A DNA stretch of 64,000 nucleotides from Octopus sinensis (lineage: Eukaryota). The notes beneath the pieces were generated by a model. The model did not search any database. It was not told where the DNA came from and worked only from the letters and a program-made list of their open reading frames with translations. The DNA lies in the NCBI RefSeq assembly GCF_006345805.1, contig NC_043011.1:15512464-15576463 (forward strand), read 5' to 3'. How positions within the stretch are numbered: the stretch's first letter is position 1; each line of letters starts with the position of its first letter. Of the stretch, positions 24,189-37,975 are shown piece by piece. Made by a program: the position numbers and the translations under genes.

Positions 24189-24669
24189 GAGGCAGAAACA
24201 GGGAAAATGCCACTTGTATTGCATGCACACTATACAATTATTCTTTTAAAAAAACTTCGCTTTTAATTTTTCTAAATTTAATTATTTAATTGTTAGAGTT
24301 GAAAAAGTCTCAATGACTGAAACCGGTACTGAAGTGATTTTTATAAAATTATTTTACCATTTTCTATCTTGACATTTTTTCCATATATATATTTATGTTG
24401 GCGTACGTACATTTTGGTCTCTTATATACACATATGTATATATATATAACCAACATAGTGGTTATAATCACTAACCTAATTAGTGGCTATAGTTATTTCA
24501 TCTATATTAGTTAGCTAAAAGATCTCATACAATGTAGTTCAAATTGCTCCCGGCACTCCCATAACAATAGAATCCTGGCTTAATTGGCCGCTAGTCTAGA
24601 GACGTTAAACACCCAGGTGGAATATAATATAGACTCTCTTCTCAAACCAGTTCAGAAATAAATATTTTT

Positions 24670-24832
24670 TTATGCGCCCATTTCAAGACTAGCCAGGCTC
24701 ATGGACTCGGTTTCCTGGTTTCCTGGTTTCTGTCGCGTATGTATTCCCCCAGCTGGACGGGACGCCAGTCCATCGCAGTGTTACTCAAGAAACAGGAAGA
24801 GAGATTGAGAGAAAGTTGGGCGAAAGAAGGGA
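24670..24832 (-). mobile_element. SINE 3' fragment with a V/Meta-like domain (probably family C)
   Basis: Minus strand CTGCGATGGACTGGCGTCCCGTCCAG; GA-rich segment resembling 17567-17600. Confidence 0.5.
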
Positions 24833-25213
<381 letters not shown>

Positions 25214-25718
25214 ATATATATATGTGTGTGTTTGTGTGTTCTGTGTGGCTAAATGAATGAGTAGGTATTTACAGTGTTAACGCGAATGTCGTGTCGTTTA
25301 TTCTTTGAAATCTACGAAGACGTCCTGCTATGTGACCTGTGGTATTATCCCGTATTATCTATATTTAGTCACTATAAAGTTCATTCTTACTGTTCGAATT
25401 ATATTTACTTAAGTTCATTGCAGTGACTACCTGGTGAGTCGTTATGCAGTCACTGATGAAATATTAGTTCATGTGCATCTCTCTCACACCTTCTTCCTCT
25501 CTCTTTTTCTTTGTCTACCTATCTATCCAAGCATTAACACGCACACGCAACACATATGTACATAAACATATGCATTTATATAATTATATACATATGTATA
25601 CTTACATATATACATACATACACACACACATATATAAATGAAAGTATGTATGCCAGCATGTATGCATGTGCATAGGAACATACGTACTTATAACCGTGAG
25701 TGAGAGAGAGAAAGAGTG

Positions 25719-25797
<79 letters not shown>

Positions 25798-25878
25798 GAG
25801 ACGGAGAGAGCGAGAGCGAGAGAGAGAAGGAGAGAGAGATAGATAAAGAGAGAGATAGCGAAATAGAGAGAGAAAGAA

Positions 25879-25917
<39 letters not shown>

Positions 25918-26507
25918 TGACACGGAATCACATCTGCATTGGTAACAGGATCTCCATTACTTAACCTTCAGTTTGTTAAAATTAACGATTCTGACATTTA
26001 GAGTTTGTATGAAAAAAAATTATGTATATATATTTTTTTCAAATAGATACTATCGGGAGATGGTTGAGAGCTAACAAATAGTAGTAAAGAGCAAATATGT
26101 AGAGCGCATATTGAACTTCTGTTATATTCTCATAGATCTATTATTTTGTTTGTATCTATATTTATCATGAGTTGTTTGAAGTGATACAACAGAATTCTCA
26201 ATTGCTGAATTATGGTTTGACTAAAAATCCGCGCTCGTTACCGGACGAATTCTCTTTTTTTCCCGGATACCATCAATATTGATGTCTGAATGTTCTGTTA
26301 ATAGAAGTGACAGAAATAAATCAGTGGTAAGCACTGTTCGAAATAACTTTCTTACTCATCATTTATCTTCGTCCATTGATTTCAGCTGTCAATGTCCAGC
26401 CCTTTTTATAAGATGGGCAAGCATACGTATATGGTCATGGAGATTCCGCCTTGCAGTATAGAAATGTGGTTTTCAATCACATTCTGTGACAGATCATATC
26501 GCCAAAA

Positions 26508-26542
<35 letters not shown>

Positions 26543-26548
<6 letters not shown>

Positions 26549-26775
26549 CTTTACTGCCCACAAGGGGCTAAACATAGAAGGGACAAACAAGGACAGACAA
26601 ACAGATTAAGTCGATTACATCGACCCCAGTACGGAACTGGTACTTTATTTATTGACCCCGAAAGGATGAAAGGCAAAGTCGACCGCGGCGGAATTTGAAC
26701 TCAGAACGTAACGACAGACGAAACACCGCTAAGCATTTCGCCCGGCGTGCTTACGTTTCTGCCAGCTCGCCGCCT
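26543..26775 (-). mobile_element. SINE family B
   Basis: Reverse complement of 7879-8109. Confidence 0.88.
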
Positions 26776-26885
26776 TATATGTGTATATATATGTTTGTGT
26801 GTGTGTGTGTGTGTGAGTGGGTGTGTTTTTGTGTGTGTGTGTGTGCGTGCGTGTGCGTGGGTGTGTGTCGCCTGCGACTATATAT

Positions 26886-27495
26886 ACAAGAGTGAGTTGA
26901 AAAGTTCAAAGTCTGACTCTGAAGGAGTGATGCCAGAGCTGTGAAATCTTGCATGCATTAATTTGAACGATCCTTATTAATAACTGCATTGTTTCGTTCC
27001 AGGCAAACTGAAATCTGCAAAAGTAACTAGTAGCTACTTCCCTTGAAAATAGACAAAATTTGACATATTGCTGTTATCAAGAACCTGCCCCTGACATGCT
27101 TGCTACAGCTTACTGAATCGTGCAATGTGGGAAGTTGAATTTAGGACGGGAAGGGAAAGTCCTGAAGATGACCCGATGTCCTGCAACTGCTACCACTAAG
27201 GAACACCTTGGTCGTGTTCACCACGTGGTGATGGACGACAGACAATTGACAATAAATCAAATAACCATCAAATAAGCATATAGTGTGACCGTGAGAACGT
27301 TGCCAATATTCTGTACAATGTACTTGGCTTCAGGAAGGTTTCCCATCAGTGAGTTCTATGTCTTCCGAAACCCAATCAAACACGTACCAAGATGATTATA
27401 TCACAAGAAAATCTGACTTGGTTTCATGCAACTTCAGCGGGTTTCTTTGAACGTTTCCTAATTCAGGATGAGGGTTGGCCTCATCAGTTTGACTC
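26886..27495 (+). mobile_element. Mariner (DD34D-type) 5' remnant
   Basis: TIR-like TACAAGAGTGAGTTGAAAAGTTC; HTH region EDDP..ATATTKE..RVHHVVMDDRQLTINQI; IQDEGW resembling the first catalytic D. Confidence 0.65.
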
Positions 27496-27519
27496 ATTGG
27501 AAACACCTCTCTTTATCTG

Positions 27520-28184
27520 CTTCAAATACGTGAACATGAAAATCAATGCGTATAAGTCGGTGGTCTTGACAACATTGCTTTATGGTGCTGAATCTTGGAC
27601 CCTGTACCGAAAGCACATCAATCAGCTTGACAGTTTTCATATGCGATGCCTGGCTACTATCTGCAACAGAAAACCGAGTGACCATGTTCATAACAGTGAA
27701 GTACTAAAAAATGTAGCATATCAGGTATTGATGTCATCCTCATAAAATACAGCCTAGATGATCAGGCCATACGTGTGATATCCGAATTCCGAAGTCACTT
27801 CTCTATTGGTAATCCCCAACAGGAAGGTCAGTTGAAAGGCTTCAAAGACAAACTAAAAGACAATCTGAAGCGATGTACGATTCCCCTTTCTTCCTGGGAA
27901 AACAAAGGATTAGAACGCAGGACCTGGCGCCAACTCATCTCGCCAGTTCAAATATTTGAGCAAAGTCGAATCCATCATCGGGAGCAGCTTCGTGCAAGCA
28001 TGAAAGCATGCTGACAAATCTCTGCTCCTCTAAATAGAAATCTTACCTGTCACTGTGGTTTTGTGACACGAAACAAAGCATGTCTTGCCGTCCACTCACG
28101 AAAACACATAGTAAATAATCTACAAGCAGACAAGCAAACTGAATCCTCAACTTTTTCCTTTTGCCCAAAAGTTTGCAAGGCACC
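27520..28184 (+). mobile_element. RTE-clade LINE 3' fragment
   Basis: KINAYKSVVLTTLLYGAESWTLY..QLDSFHMRCL; FKDKLKDNLK..W..RRTWR; C-terminal C2H2-like TCHCGFVTRNKACLAVHSRKH. Confidence 0.8.
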
Positions 28185-28778
28185 AACAGCCTGGCCTTTT
28201 CTCCACCTCAACCCATTCTCCCTTCTCTCCGTCGTGCCCCTCCCCTAGCCCAAACCTAGCCTCACAAAACTGCGCGCCTTCTTTCATGGCACTACACAGC
28301 CCCAAAACAATCAGGATGACTTCTGAGCTGTCGTCCATCTAACTGGGCGCCCTCTCAGTCCGCCTTAGCAGCCTAGATTTGTTTGTGAACGCATGCAGCA
28401 ATCATAGTCAATTGCTTTCATTTTAAGAAATGATCCTGCCGTGCAAAATATCTCTCGTGCCAAATTCTCAGCCCTCCGCAACCTCCATCCTCGGGTCGCC
28501 ATCATTATCAAACTAGCTCAGAAAATTGGAGCTGTAATGGTGTGGAATGCTGACATTTATATGGAGAAAGCATTCCAACAGCTTCGTGACCGAGTTTTCT
28601 ATCACCTCCTGCCCTCCTATCGAACCCCCATCTACCAGCAGCGCGTGTCATGCACCATCCGAGACCTCATTTTTACTCGTCTTTTGCCCTTCCCACTGTT
28701 GTCACCAACCACAATGTCGAATCTCCCTACGCCTCCCCCATATATTTCCTTCCCCAAATCCATAAACCCAACCCTGGA
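28185..28778 (+). mobile_element. PLE RT N-terminal fragment related to the 9.2-11.2 kb element
   Basis: NISRAKFSALRNL..IIIKLAQKIGAVMVW..AFQQL..YQQRVS..IYFLPQIHKPNPG aligns with NISPAELLALRSL..IIIKPADKGGAVVVW..YFLPKIYKPNNPG. Confidence 0.8.
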
Positions 28779-29731
28779 TACCGGGGTGGATGGGTGGACA
28801 GTGTTCATAGCAAATACACACACAGAGACTCCCGCACACACGCACGTATGTGTGCATCTGTGTGTATGCGTGTGCATGTGTGTGTGTGTGAGTGCGTGTG
28901 TATGTGAGTGTGTGTATGTCTATGCTTGTGTGTGGGCGCGCGCACACACAGTATTCGATACCTTTCATTAATATTTATAGCAAACACCAGAATAATTACA
29001 GATGGCAAATTAGCTATAGTTGTTGGCAACCGTCAAATTTATTAATCATTTTGATTTAATTTAAACATTTAATTTCGTCTAATTTACTGTTCCACTATGA
29101 GCACTTCTGTGTTCGTGTGCGTGTGCCTTTATGAATCTGTGCGCGTGTGTTTAGTGTTTATATATATTTAAAAAAATCTTATATATGTATATAGATGTAT
29201 ATGTGCCTCAGTATGCCCACACCCTTAATGCTGAAACGTATAAAATAGTAAAAGAATGTGTTTGTGTGTGTGTGTTGATGTGTATGTATCTATATAATCA
29301 TATACATAAATACACACACGCACACACCACACAAACGTGTGGCTAACGTATCAGGTTACGTATTTTTCTCTTGTATGTGATTATATGTATATATAAAAGC
29401 ATGTATAAATGTAATAAAAAGGCTTCTGGACCTATTGGTGCATACCAAGTGTTACTCTCATTGTTTTTGCTCACCACGGGCACTTGAACATATAGAATCA
29501 ACGCATTTGTTCCATACACCCGCCCACTTTTATCGACGTTGCTCTATATAGTTAGGGTGTTAAATCCTTTACCACATTACCATGTAAGCGCATTCTAATT
29601 TTTTTGCGCTTACAGTACTTAGGTTTCACAGTCTGTTAACCATTTAAATATTACCTAAGGTCCATGCTACTGTGATGATCAGGGAAAAAAAATCAGTATT
29701 GCAATGTGATGCGGTTATTATTTACAATGCG

Positions 29732-30149
29732 GGATCCTATCGGTTTGACCGGCAGTTTTTTCTAGCGGTGTCATATGAAATTGTCCCCCATAATTATGAC
29801 CCTAGTATCGATCTATTGCATTTCAATCTGTTTTAGGGTTAGGGTTAGGGGTGGGGGGAAGGGTATATTTTTTTCTTCAGTAATGGAAATAAACCCAATC
29901 TGTTTCTTAAACGAGGGTCATATTCATACGGCACAGAATGTTTTCACCCCAATAGACGTCATTGATTGGTTGAAATTGCAGAAATTGCAGAAAAAACAAC
30001 AACAAATATCTTACAAACTATGGAATTTTCTCAATAAAGCCAAGAGAAAAAGATGTTTTATAAACACATTCTACCAGTACACGAAGTTTAAAAGTGTTTA
30101 GTTACGTGGAAATTATTTTAAACAACTGCCGGTCAAACCGAAAATATCC
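29732..30149 (+). mobile_element. MITE with 8-bp TSD (ACAATGCG), GG termini and internal TTAGGG repeats; copy 1
   Basis: TIR GGATCCTATCGGTTTGACCGGCAGTT / AACTGCCGGTCAAACCGAAAATATCC; TSD at 29724-29731 and 30150-30157. Confidence 0.9.
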
Positions 30150-30540
30150 ACAATGCGTTTACATCGTTGTTAATAAAAAAAAAACTATTCATACATCCAG
30201 ATTCAACTTTCGTGTGTGTGAAATCGAGTTGAGGCAGGCCAAAGCAGTCATATTGTTTGCACCTCATTGCCTACAGTTTCCTCCACCTAATTATTTCCAT
30301 TTCCACACACGCTTATTCTAATACTGTCAAAAGTAGGTGACCTAGTTAAATAGTCAAATGAACGAAAGACGGAAGCGACAGATATTCCTACTTTAACTTT
30401 GGTTTCTGTTCGAATGCAATAAGGGTTTAACTTTATTTGCTAAGAGAGAAGTTAAAACAAAGTATAAGAAACGCACATAAATATGTAAACAAATGACAAA
30501 TGTGAAATACAAATGCAAACTTTACATTCTCTTTTAGGTA

Positions 30541-30914
30541 TAGGGTGGTCCGAAAGTCTTGTCATCCCGTACCGAAAAGTACTAAGAACAATAGAGGGAC
30601 AATATAATAATATCAAACACGTGTACTGGTTTTAGTATATTCACTTTGATTGACACTGAGACTGTCACACACCGAGAAGGTCTGTATGAATACCATCATT
30701 TTCGTGGCACAACGTGATGCGGCGCCATGTCCTGTGTGATATTTTACGAAGCTCTCGGTGCTCATACAGGCCTTCTCAATGTGTAACAGTGTCAGTGTCA
30801 ATGAAAGTGAATACACAAAAACCAGTAACATGTGTTTGATATTATTATATAGTTCCTGTATTTTTCTTAGTACTTTTCGGTAGTGGTGGGTGACAAGACT
30901 TTCGGACCATCCTA
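30541..30914. mobile_element. Fold-back MITE, Tc1-like, TA-flanked
   Basis: About 150-bp imperfect inverted arms: TAGGGTGGTCCGAAAGTCTTGTCA.. versus ..TGACAAGACTTTCGGACCATCCTA. Confidence 0.85.
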
Positions 30915-31756
30915 TAATCACCTCAGCTAAAAGTGGCAGAAGCGACGCTGTGAAGAGCAACCAGTAATATTTGTTGCATCAGTCACTCCATCTCCGGGAG
31001 CTATTTCCACAGGCTTGGTCCTCACTCATCCTGTCACGAGGGCGAGTGCAGTCAAACCTTGTCGATATTATGTCCACAGTGACACCTATATGGCGTACAC
31101 ACACATGGAGATGAGACGTATATATGTCGTATATTTGCTCGACATAAATATAAGGTGTGAGTAACGTAAATGCTACAGACGGGAAAGCTAACTCAGATGT
31201 GTATGGACTCACCATTTAGAAGGTTTCAGATGGAGGAAAAAATACCACTTTGAAAATAGAATAACTGAAAATAATTGCTTTAACATGGTTAACGTGAATT
31301 CCTGAAACAAAAAATACGGGAAAACTGTAGTCGCTACTTAACTGCATCTTTCATCAATAATTTCAAAAGTGACTACTTTGTGTTTTAACTGTATTCTAGC
31401 TATTTACTAAAATGATATAGTAATGCTGTCTTGTGAATACAAATTACTGAACGCTCATACCACCATTCTTTTGTTCAAGTTCAGTCTCCCTTTAGTAGTT
31501 ATGGTAATGATGAATGGTACCGTGTGTCGAAAAAACACTCGAGCATACTGATAAATTAGGCAGCAAATAAATTAAATTTTATCAGACGTGTTTCCAGTTA
31601 ACACTTTAAAAGTTGGTTCAAATATATCGTCATCAAAGTTTGTATTGCGAAACGTCGGATTATATTTGTACTGATCGGCTATGTGATAGGTGTTATGAAG
31701 ATAATGTAGAGCGCTAAAGCAGGTATATACTAACAAAACAATAATTCACAATCTTA

Positions 31757-31972
31757 TTTACTCTCTTTTACTCTTTTACTTGTTTCAGTCATTTAACTGC
31801 GGCCATGCTGGAGCACCACCTTTAGTCGAGCAACTCGACCCCGGGACTTATTCTTTGTAAGCCCAGTACTTATTCTATCGGTCTCTTTTGCCGAACCGCT
31901 AAGTGACGGGGACGTAAACACACCAGCATCGGTTGTCAAGCAATGCTAGGGGGACAAACACAGACACACAAA

Positions 31973-32025
<53 letters not shown>

Positions 32026-32187
32026 TACGACAGGCTTCTTTCAGTTTCCGTCTACCAAATCCACTCACAAGGCATTGGTCGGCCCGGGGCTATAGCAGAA
32101 GACACTTGCCCAAGATGCCACGCAGTGGGATTGAACCCGGAACCATGTGGTTGGTTAGCAAGCTACTTACCACACAGCCACTCCTAT
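31757..32187 (-). mobile_element. SINE family A, full length
   Basis: Complete head-to-tail homology with 58302-58720. Confidence 0.9.
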
Positions 32188-33526
32188 CCACAGAGGCCCA
32201 GCTTTCAAGAATTACATAAAATAAACTTAAGCTTGTAATTCAATTTCTCTCTAATTCTCTCTAGTAGGTAAAAAAATGTAGTTTAACAACATTTTAATGT
32301 AATAGGTTTAATAAGTGATAAGAGCAGCGTGAAAATTAAGGTGTAATAAATTTTCTTTTTACTTGTGTTATATCTTAAATATCTCCATCGCTGAGTTTAA
32401 GAAAATGACACTTTCTGAAATGTATAATTTTCGGAATCAAATGTCTTGGATCTTTCAACGATACCCAAGAGTTTAAACTGTCACCACATTTACACAGTTT
32501 GTATTGTTCTTCAGTCAATAATGCAATTCTATTTTTCTTCAACGAAACCAAATTATCTAATGTTAAATATTCGATTCGATTCAGAAAACATTTGTCATCA
32601 CGACACATTTGGAACATTCTACAGCTCTACTGCTGTGATGTTTTACTGATGAAAAACAAAAATCGCTGTTTCTTTAAATGTCATGCTTGTTACCTCTTAC
32701 CTTAAACATTTCAAACTTGAAATTAATACGATAAATCTAAATTTGAAATATAAAATAACTTTTTATTTCCAACATTTTATATCCCGCCTGTCACCTTTTT
32801 TTTTATACGCCGCTCAGTGACTACAGAAAGTACATTTAGGAGATACATACGTATTTGAATTGTAACATTGGTGTTGATGCAATGGAAAACTATACATTTA
32901 ACAATGAATGCCTGTAAACCATTAAGAAAAAAAAAAGAATTTCATGAAATTAGACATCCGTAATAGTGAGAAAGTTGGCAAATGAGGCACTTACATTCAC
33001 TTGCCGATTCTAAATCATTTTTTTGCCGACAAGGTTCTGGTTTGCAAATGTGTTTGTAATATTTGGAGACGCGTGACAATATAGATTATGGTCCTCACTT
33101 TTGCTAAGAGACCGGTAAATCAGAAGATGTAGTAGAAAATTTGCGAAAAGCTATTGTTCCAACACAAAATCCGAGGATTCTTAAAACCTGAAGTCCTTCT
33201 TGGATGCGAATGAAATTATTCTCTTATTCAGAGTGACGAAACGTAGGCTGTGTGCGTATATATCAACTTCTCTGTAATAGAGGAAACATCATTTTGTAGG
33301 GCACCGAATAATCCCCAATCTATAGCTAGGGGGTTTCTGATAATGAGAAGCCGTAGTAGGAGCCGCAGAGGAGCCATTATTTATCTTTATTATGGTGAGG
33401 AAAAAATATTAAACTTTTGAAAAGAAACAACAACTTATAAGGATACATCATTACTATACTGGAGCAGACTGATATACTAGTGACAGCAATTACTCAGAGT
33501 TGCAGCAAAAAATATAAGACAATTCT

Positions 33527-33764
33527 TTTATTTTTTACTTATTTCAGTCATTTGACTGTGGCCAAGCTGGAGCACCGCTTTTAGTCCAACTAAACGACTC
33601 TAGGACTTATTCCTTGTAAGCCTAGTATTTATTCTATCGGTCTTTTGCTGAAGCGCTAAGTCATGGGGAATTAAACATACCAACAGCGGTTAACAGACTA
33701 TTGTGGAGGGGACAAACACTGACACACAAACATACATACATACATACATACATACATACATACA

Positions 33765-33819
<55 letters not shown>

Positions 33820-33982
33820 GACGGGTTTCTTTCAGTTTCTGCCTACAAAATCCACTCGTAAGGCTTTGGTCCGCCCGAGGGTATAGTAGAATTCACTTGT
33901 CAAAGGTGCCACGCAGTGGGACTGAACCCGGAACTATGAGGTTGGGAGGCAAATTTCTTACCACACAACCACGTCTGTGCCT
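33527..33982 (-). mobile_element. SINE family A
   Basis: Homology to other copies; internal (CATA)n. Confidence 0.85.
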
Positions 33983-35036
33983 ATAATGTTAACTTTTTCA
34001 TTTTTGGTATGGTATAAGCTTGTAAAAGACCTGAAAATATATTTGTTATATGTCTCTCTTCTTGGAATTCCAGTGATGGCCACGTACAAGAGGATTAAGT
34101 TTGTGTTTAACATAATTTATACTGATATAGAAACATCATTTAAACATTTTCACGCGCCATCAAACTGCAGCCCAGCCATTATTCAGAAACTAGCTATTAT
34201 GAAATACATTTACGCTAAAACATCCACTGCAAACTAAAGGAAACAAAAAAGCACTGTTTACCCTTTTATCTGCTTTATTACCTTTGAACCAATTCGTGCT
34301 TCGCTCTGGCGATGAATTTGAAATAACATTACTACCAGATGACCTTAATCTATTTATCATATTTGCATAGGGAAATATGGAAAAAATCGGTTCACGTGAA
34401 TTTATTTTCTGTCTTTATATTCTTGTGGTATTTTATAAACTTCATTAGGAGTCATTTAAATTTGATTTTGGCAACAACGAGATTTCATCTAAAATTTTTA
34501 CTGCATTCAAGGTTTTTTTGCTTCCCTCCGTTATCAGGTGCCGATGACAGAGGGAAGTTTAAAGGAAATAACATATTTAACTGTGTTACAAAGGCTATGC
34601 GTTATTCCTTCACATATCTGTGATGCGGGCAAGAAAAATTATTTGAAAGATGTGTTATCTAATCGTTTCTTAATAGTATAACCGATTTGAAATCAGTTGT
34701 CAGATTGATATCTTAAGAAACTTGAACACGTTTTATGCTTTTCTATTATGTTTGATTTGCTCCGTGCAATGCAATATGATGACATGACATACTACAAGGA
34801 ACTTGAAAAAGGTTTGTGAATTGAAATCATATTAATCGTCATTAGAGAAATAACCTTACGAATATGATGAACAATATATGAAATATTTTGACAACAAATT
34901 AAATGTTGGGTGCAGAAAATTAGCAAAAAAAAAAATTCGAAGTCAGAATTCATGTCTAATTAGAATATTTGCACCAGTTGGATTTCAAACTGATAAAGAC
35001 TTATTATGATTAAGGAAAGCTATGTAAACATTTACC

Positions 35037-35268
35037 TATTTCTTTATTACCCACAAGGGGCTAAACATAGAGGGGACAAACAAGGACAGACAAAGGGATT
35101 AAGTCGATTACATCGACCCCAGTGCGTAACTGGTACATAATTTATCGACCCCGAAAGGATGAAAGGCAAAGTCTATCTCGGCGGAATTCGAACTCAGAAG
35201 GTAGGGGCAGACGAAATACTGCTAAACATTTCGCCCGGCGTGCTAATGCTTCTGCCAGCTCGCCACCT
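35037..35268 (-). mobile_element. SINE family B with 20-bp TSD
   Basis: TSD AAGCTATGTAAACATTTACC at 35017-35036 and 35269-35288. Confidence 0.92.
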
Positions 35269-35483
35269 AAGCTATGTAAACATTTACCCTCAACATCTTA
35301 AGTGTTAAGGAGTAAACCGGAATTTGTTTTCAAATGAATCAAAATACTGATAATTTAACCATTCTTATGCTGTGTATTAGGTAACATGTGGTAGAAAAAT
35401 CATGACTATCGATGCATGGGTAATTTAGTCCAGAAGAAAATATTCAAGAAAACATTTTCTAAGGACCAGTCCAAGAAGTAACA

Positions 35484-35540
<57 letters not shown>

Positions 35541-36107
35541 GATATTTTTGACAGTGAGTATTGCAACAAAGTTAGTGTTTGTGAAAGGAGTGAGTCACTT
35601 AGCTACAATTTAGTTGGAATATAACTAGCGAGCATGTATTTTTAATACTGCGTTCTTTTTAAACTTTTATTCATGCTTAACTAGTTTTCTGAGATAGCAA
35701 TAAGGAATATGACATTCGTTGAATTTAAGAATTATATTTTTAATTGCTACCATTGTAATTGCCGGTTGCTTACGATTGAATTCTAATTGGAAATTTTTAA
35801 CATATTACTGCTATTCGGAAATATATAACTGCCTGTCAAACCGAATTAAAAACTTGCATGCTATACATACTGTTTATAATTTTTTAAATCAACGAATATG
35901 GTACTCATAAAACTATAAAATATTTATGATGTTTACCAGAAATATTTGCTATCATACCAATAATAAGATGGCGATGATATCGTAGAACTCCTTCAAGGTG
36001 GAATAACTATATTGCAATATTCTCTTTCATGTCTTAACCTTTTTGATTCACAGCCGAACACAGCCAAATTTTACTTTTTTCCCGCAGAAGTCGATAAAAT
36101 ATATACT

Positions 36108-36430
36108 CATCATCATCATTGTTCGACTGTGGTCGAGACAATGGAATTTACCATGCTACGCCAGACTTCACGGTCCATCATAGCATTACGGAGGTCCTGT
36201 TGCTGGATGCCTGCGTCCCTGGAGATTACATCAGAGTAGGAGAGTGTGAGCCCTCTGGTATTGCGAGTGGATGGCTTCCTGATGAGAAGAGTAGAAATTG
36301 CCTTGTTTTCAGCTCTACAACAATGTTCAGAAAACTGGTCTCTTCTACCTTTCACAAGAGATGACACAGGTGGTAGTTTCCCATATATTTGCATTTTTGT
36401 TGGATGAGGCTTCCACGAGAAATATATACT
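36108..36430 (-). mobile_element. RTE-type LINE 3' end with (ATG)n tail
   Basis: SWKPHPTKMQIYGKLPPVS..RRDQFSEHCCR..AMMDREVWR; tail reads (CAT)n on the + strand. Confidence 0.8.
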
Positions 36431-36786
36431 TCTTGTATACGGTTTGCATTGCATGGATTGCCATTCATAAACGATTATTGACCTTTATTGCACATGAAAT
36501 ATAATATTTCAACACTAATATGTGTATGTAATTCATAATAAACTATTCGAAAAATATAAACTTAAGATATAGTTATATCTTAATATATTTCATGGAGCAC
36601 AAACGAAAAATTTCAAAATGCATATGTGTTTAATATTATCTTCAGATGTTGAAGTAAAATTTTAATATTAATTCGAATTAATGGGTTTTGCTTTGGAGAA
36701 TATAAATATTTCATACTCAAATATAGAAATATAAACAGTGAGAAATAGTTTACACAGAAACAATTGGTCGTGAATTATCATCATCT

Positions 36787-36828
<42 letters not shown>

Positions 36829-36852
36829 GAATATGATAATGATGATGATGAT

Positions 36853-37225
36853 ACCAAATTACTAAGCCAGACATAGTGTTAATTGAGAAACGAAACAAAC
36901 TATGCTGGATCATAGATAAACATGCCCAGCTGACAACAAGGTATGCGATGAGGAAGAAAGAAAAGTTGAGAGATATGTTAAGATAGCTTAGGAAAAAGTA
37001 GCAGTAGTACCAATAATTGTCGGAGGCATGGAAACAGTGAGCAAAAATCTCGAGAAGTATGTAGAAGAAATAGGGGCTTCAATAAGAGTGGAGCACTTGC
37101 AGAAAACAGCACTGCATGGAACCACTCGAATACTCCAGAAGGTGCTCGAACAATAAGTGGTGTTACCTTAGTACACTGGCAGTGAACAGCTGACACTGTA
37201 ATACATCTCCAGCGTTAGAAGTTGT
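36853..37225 (+). mobile_element. R4/Dong-like REL endonuclease 3' fragment
   Basis: KPDIVLIEKRNKLCWIID..CPADNKV..VVPIIVG..LQKTALHGTTRILQKVL. Confidence 0.8.
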
Positions 37226-37239
37226 GTAAGACAAACTTG

Positions 37240-37850
37240 AGAGTATTGACCATATCGTTGCAACCGGCAACGTTCTTGTCCCTACAGAATATAAAACTAG
37301 GTATGACCGAATTGGCCAATACCTACACTGGAATGTATGCCGTCACTATGATATTCCGCACCCTAAGAACTGGTATGAACTCCATCCAGAGCCAGTCACT
37401 GAGCCGGGGGGAGAATGTTACCATCTTATGGGATAACGGAATACATACAGAGAGGCAAGTAAATACTAACAGACCAGACATCGTCGTCAAAGATCTAAAA
37501 CAAAAAAAATACCTGTTAATAGACATAACAGTGCTTACTGATCGAAATATCTCAGCAAAAGAATTCGAAAACATGTTGAAGGACCATGAGATTGAGATAT
37601 ATAGGACGTTGCAATTAAAGATCAAAACCATCCTTGCTGTTGTAGGTGCTCTGGGAATGATCAAGAAAGGTACTGACATGTTTTTGATTAATTCCCTGGG
37701 AAACCAACAATCTATGATGAAACTCAAAAAAATTCTGGACATCTACCGCCCACACTCTCAGTAAGTTTCTCTCCATTTAATATATACGCGCCTTAAGTCT
37801 CATGTTGAGACCCGATCATAAGATGAAATAAAATGCAATTCAATCGGAAA
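37240..37850 (+). mobile_element. R4/Dong-like zinc-knuckle region plus REL 3' fragment
   Basis: IDHIV..EYKTRYDRIGQYLHW..WYELHPEPV; ILWDNGIHTERQVNTNRPDIVVKD..LLIDITV. Confidence 0.85.
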
Positions 37851-37899
37851 ACGATGATGATGATGTTGATGATAATGATGGGGATAATGATGATGATGG

Positions 37900-37974
<75 letters not shown>

Positions 37975-37975
<1 letters not shown>

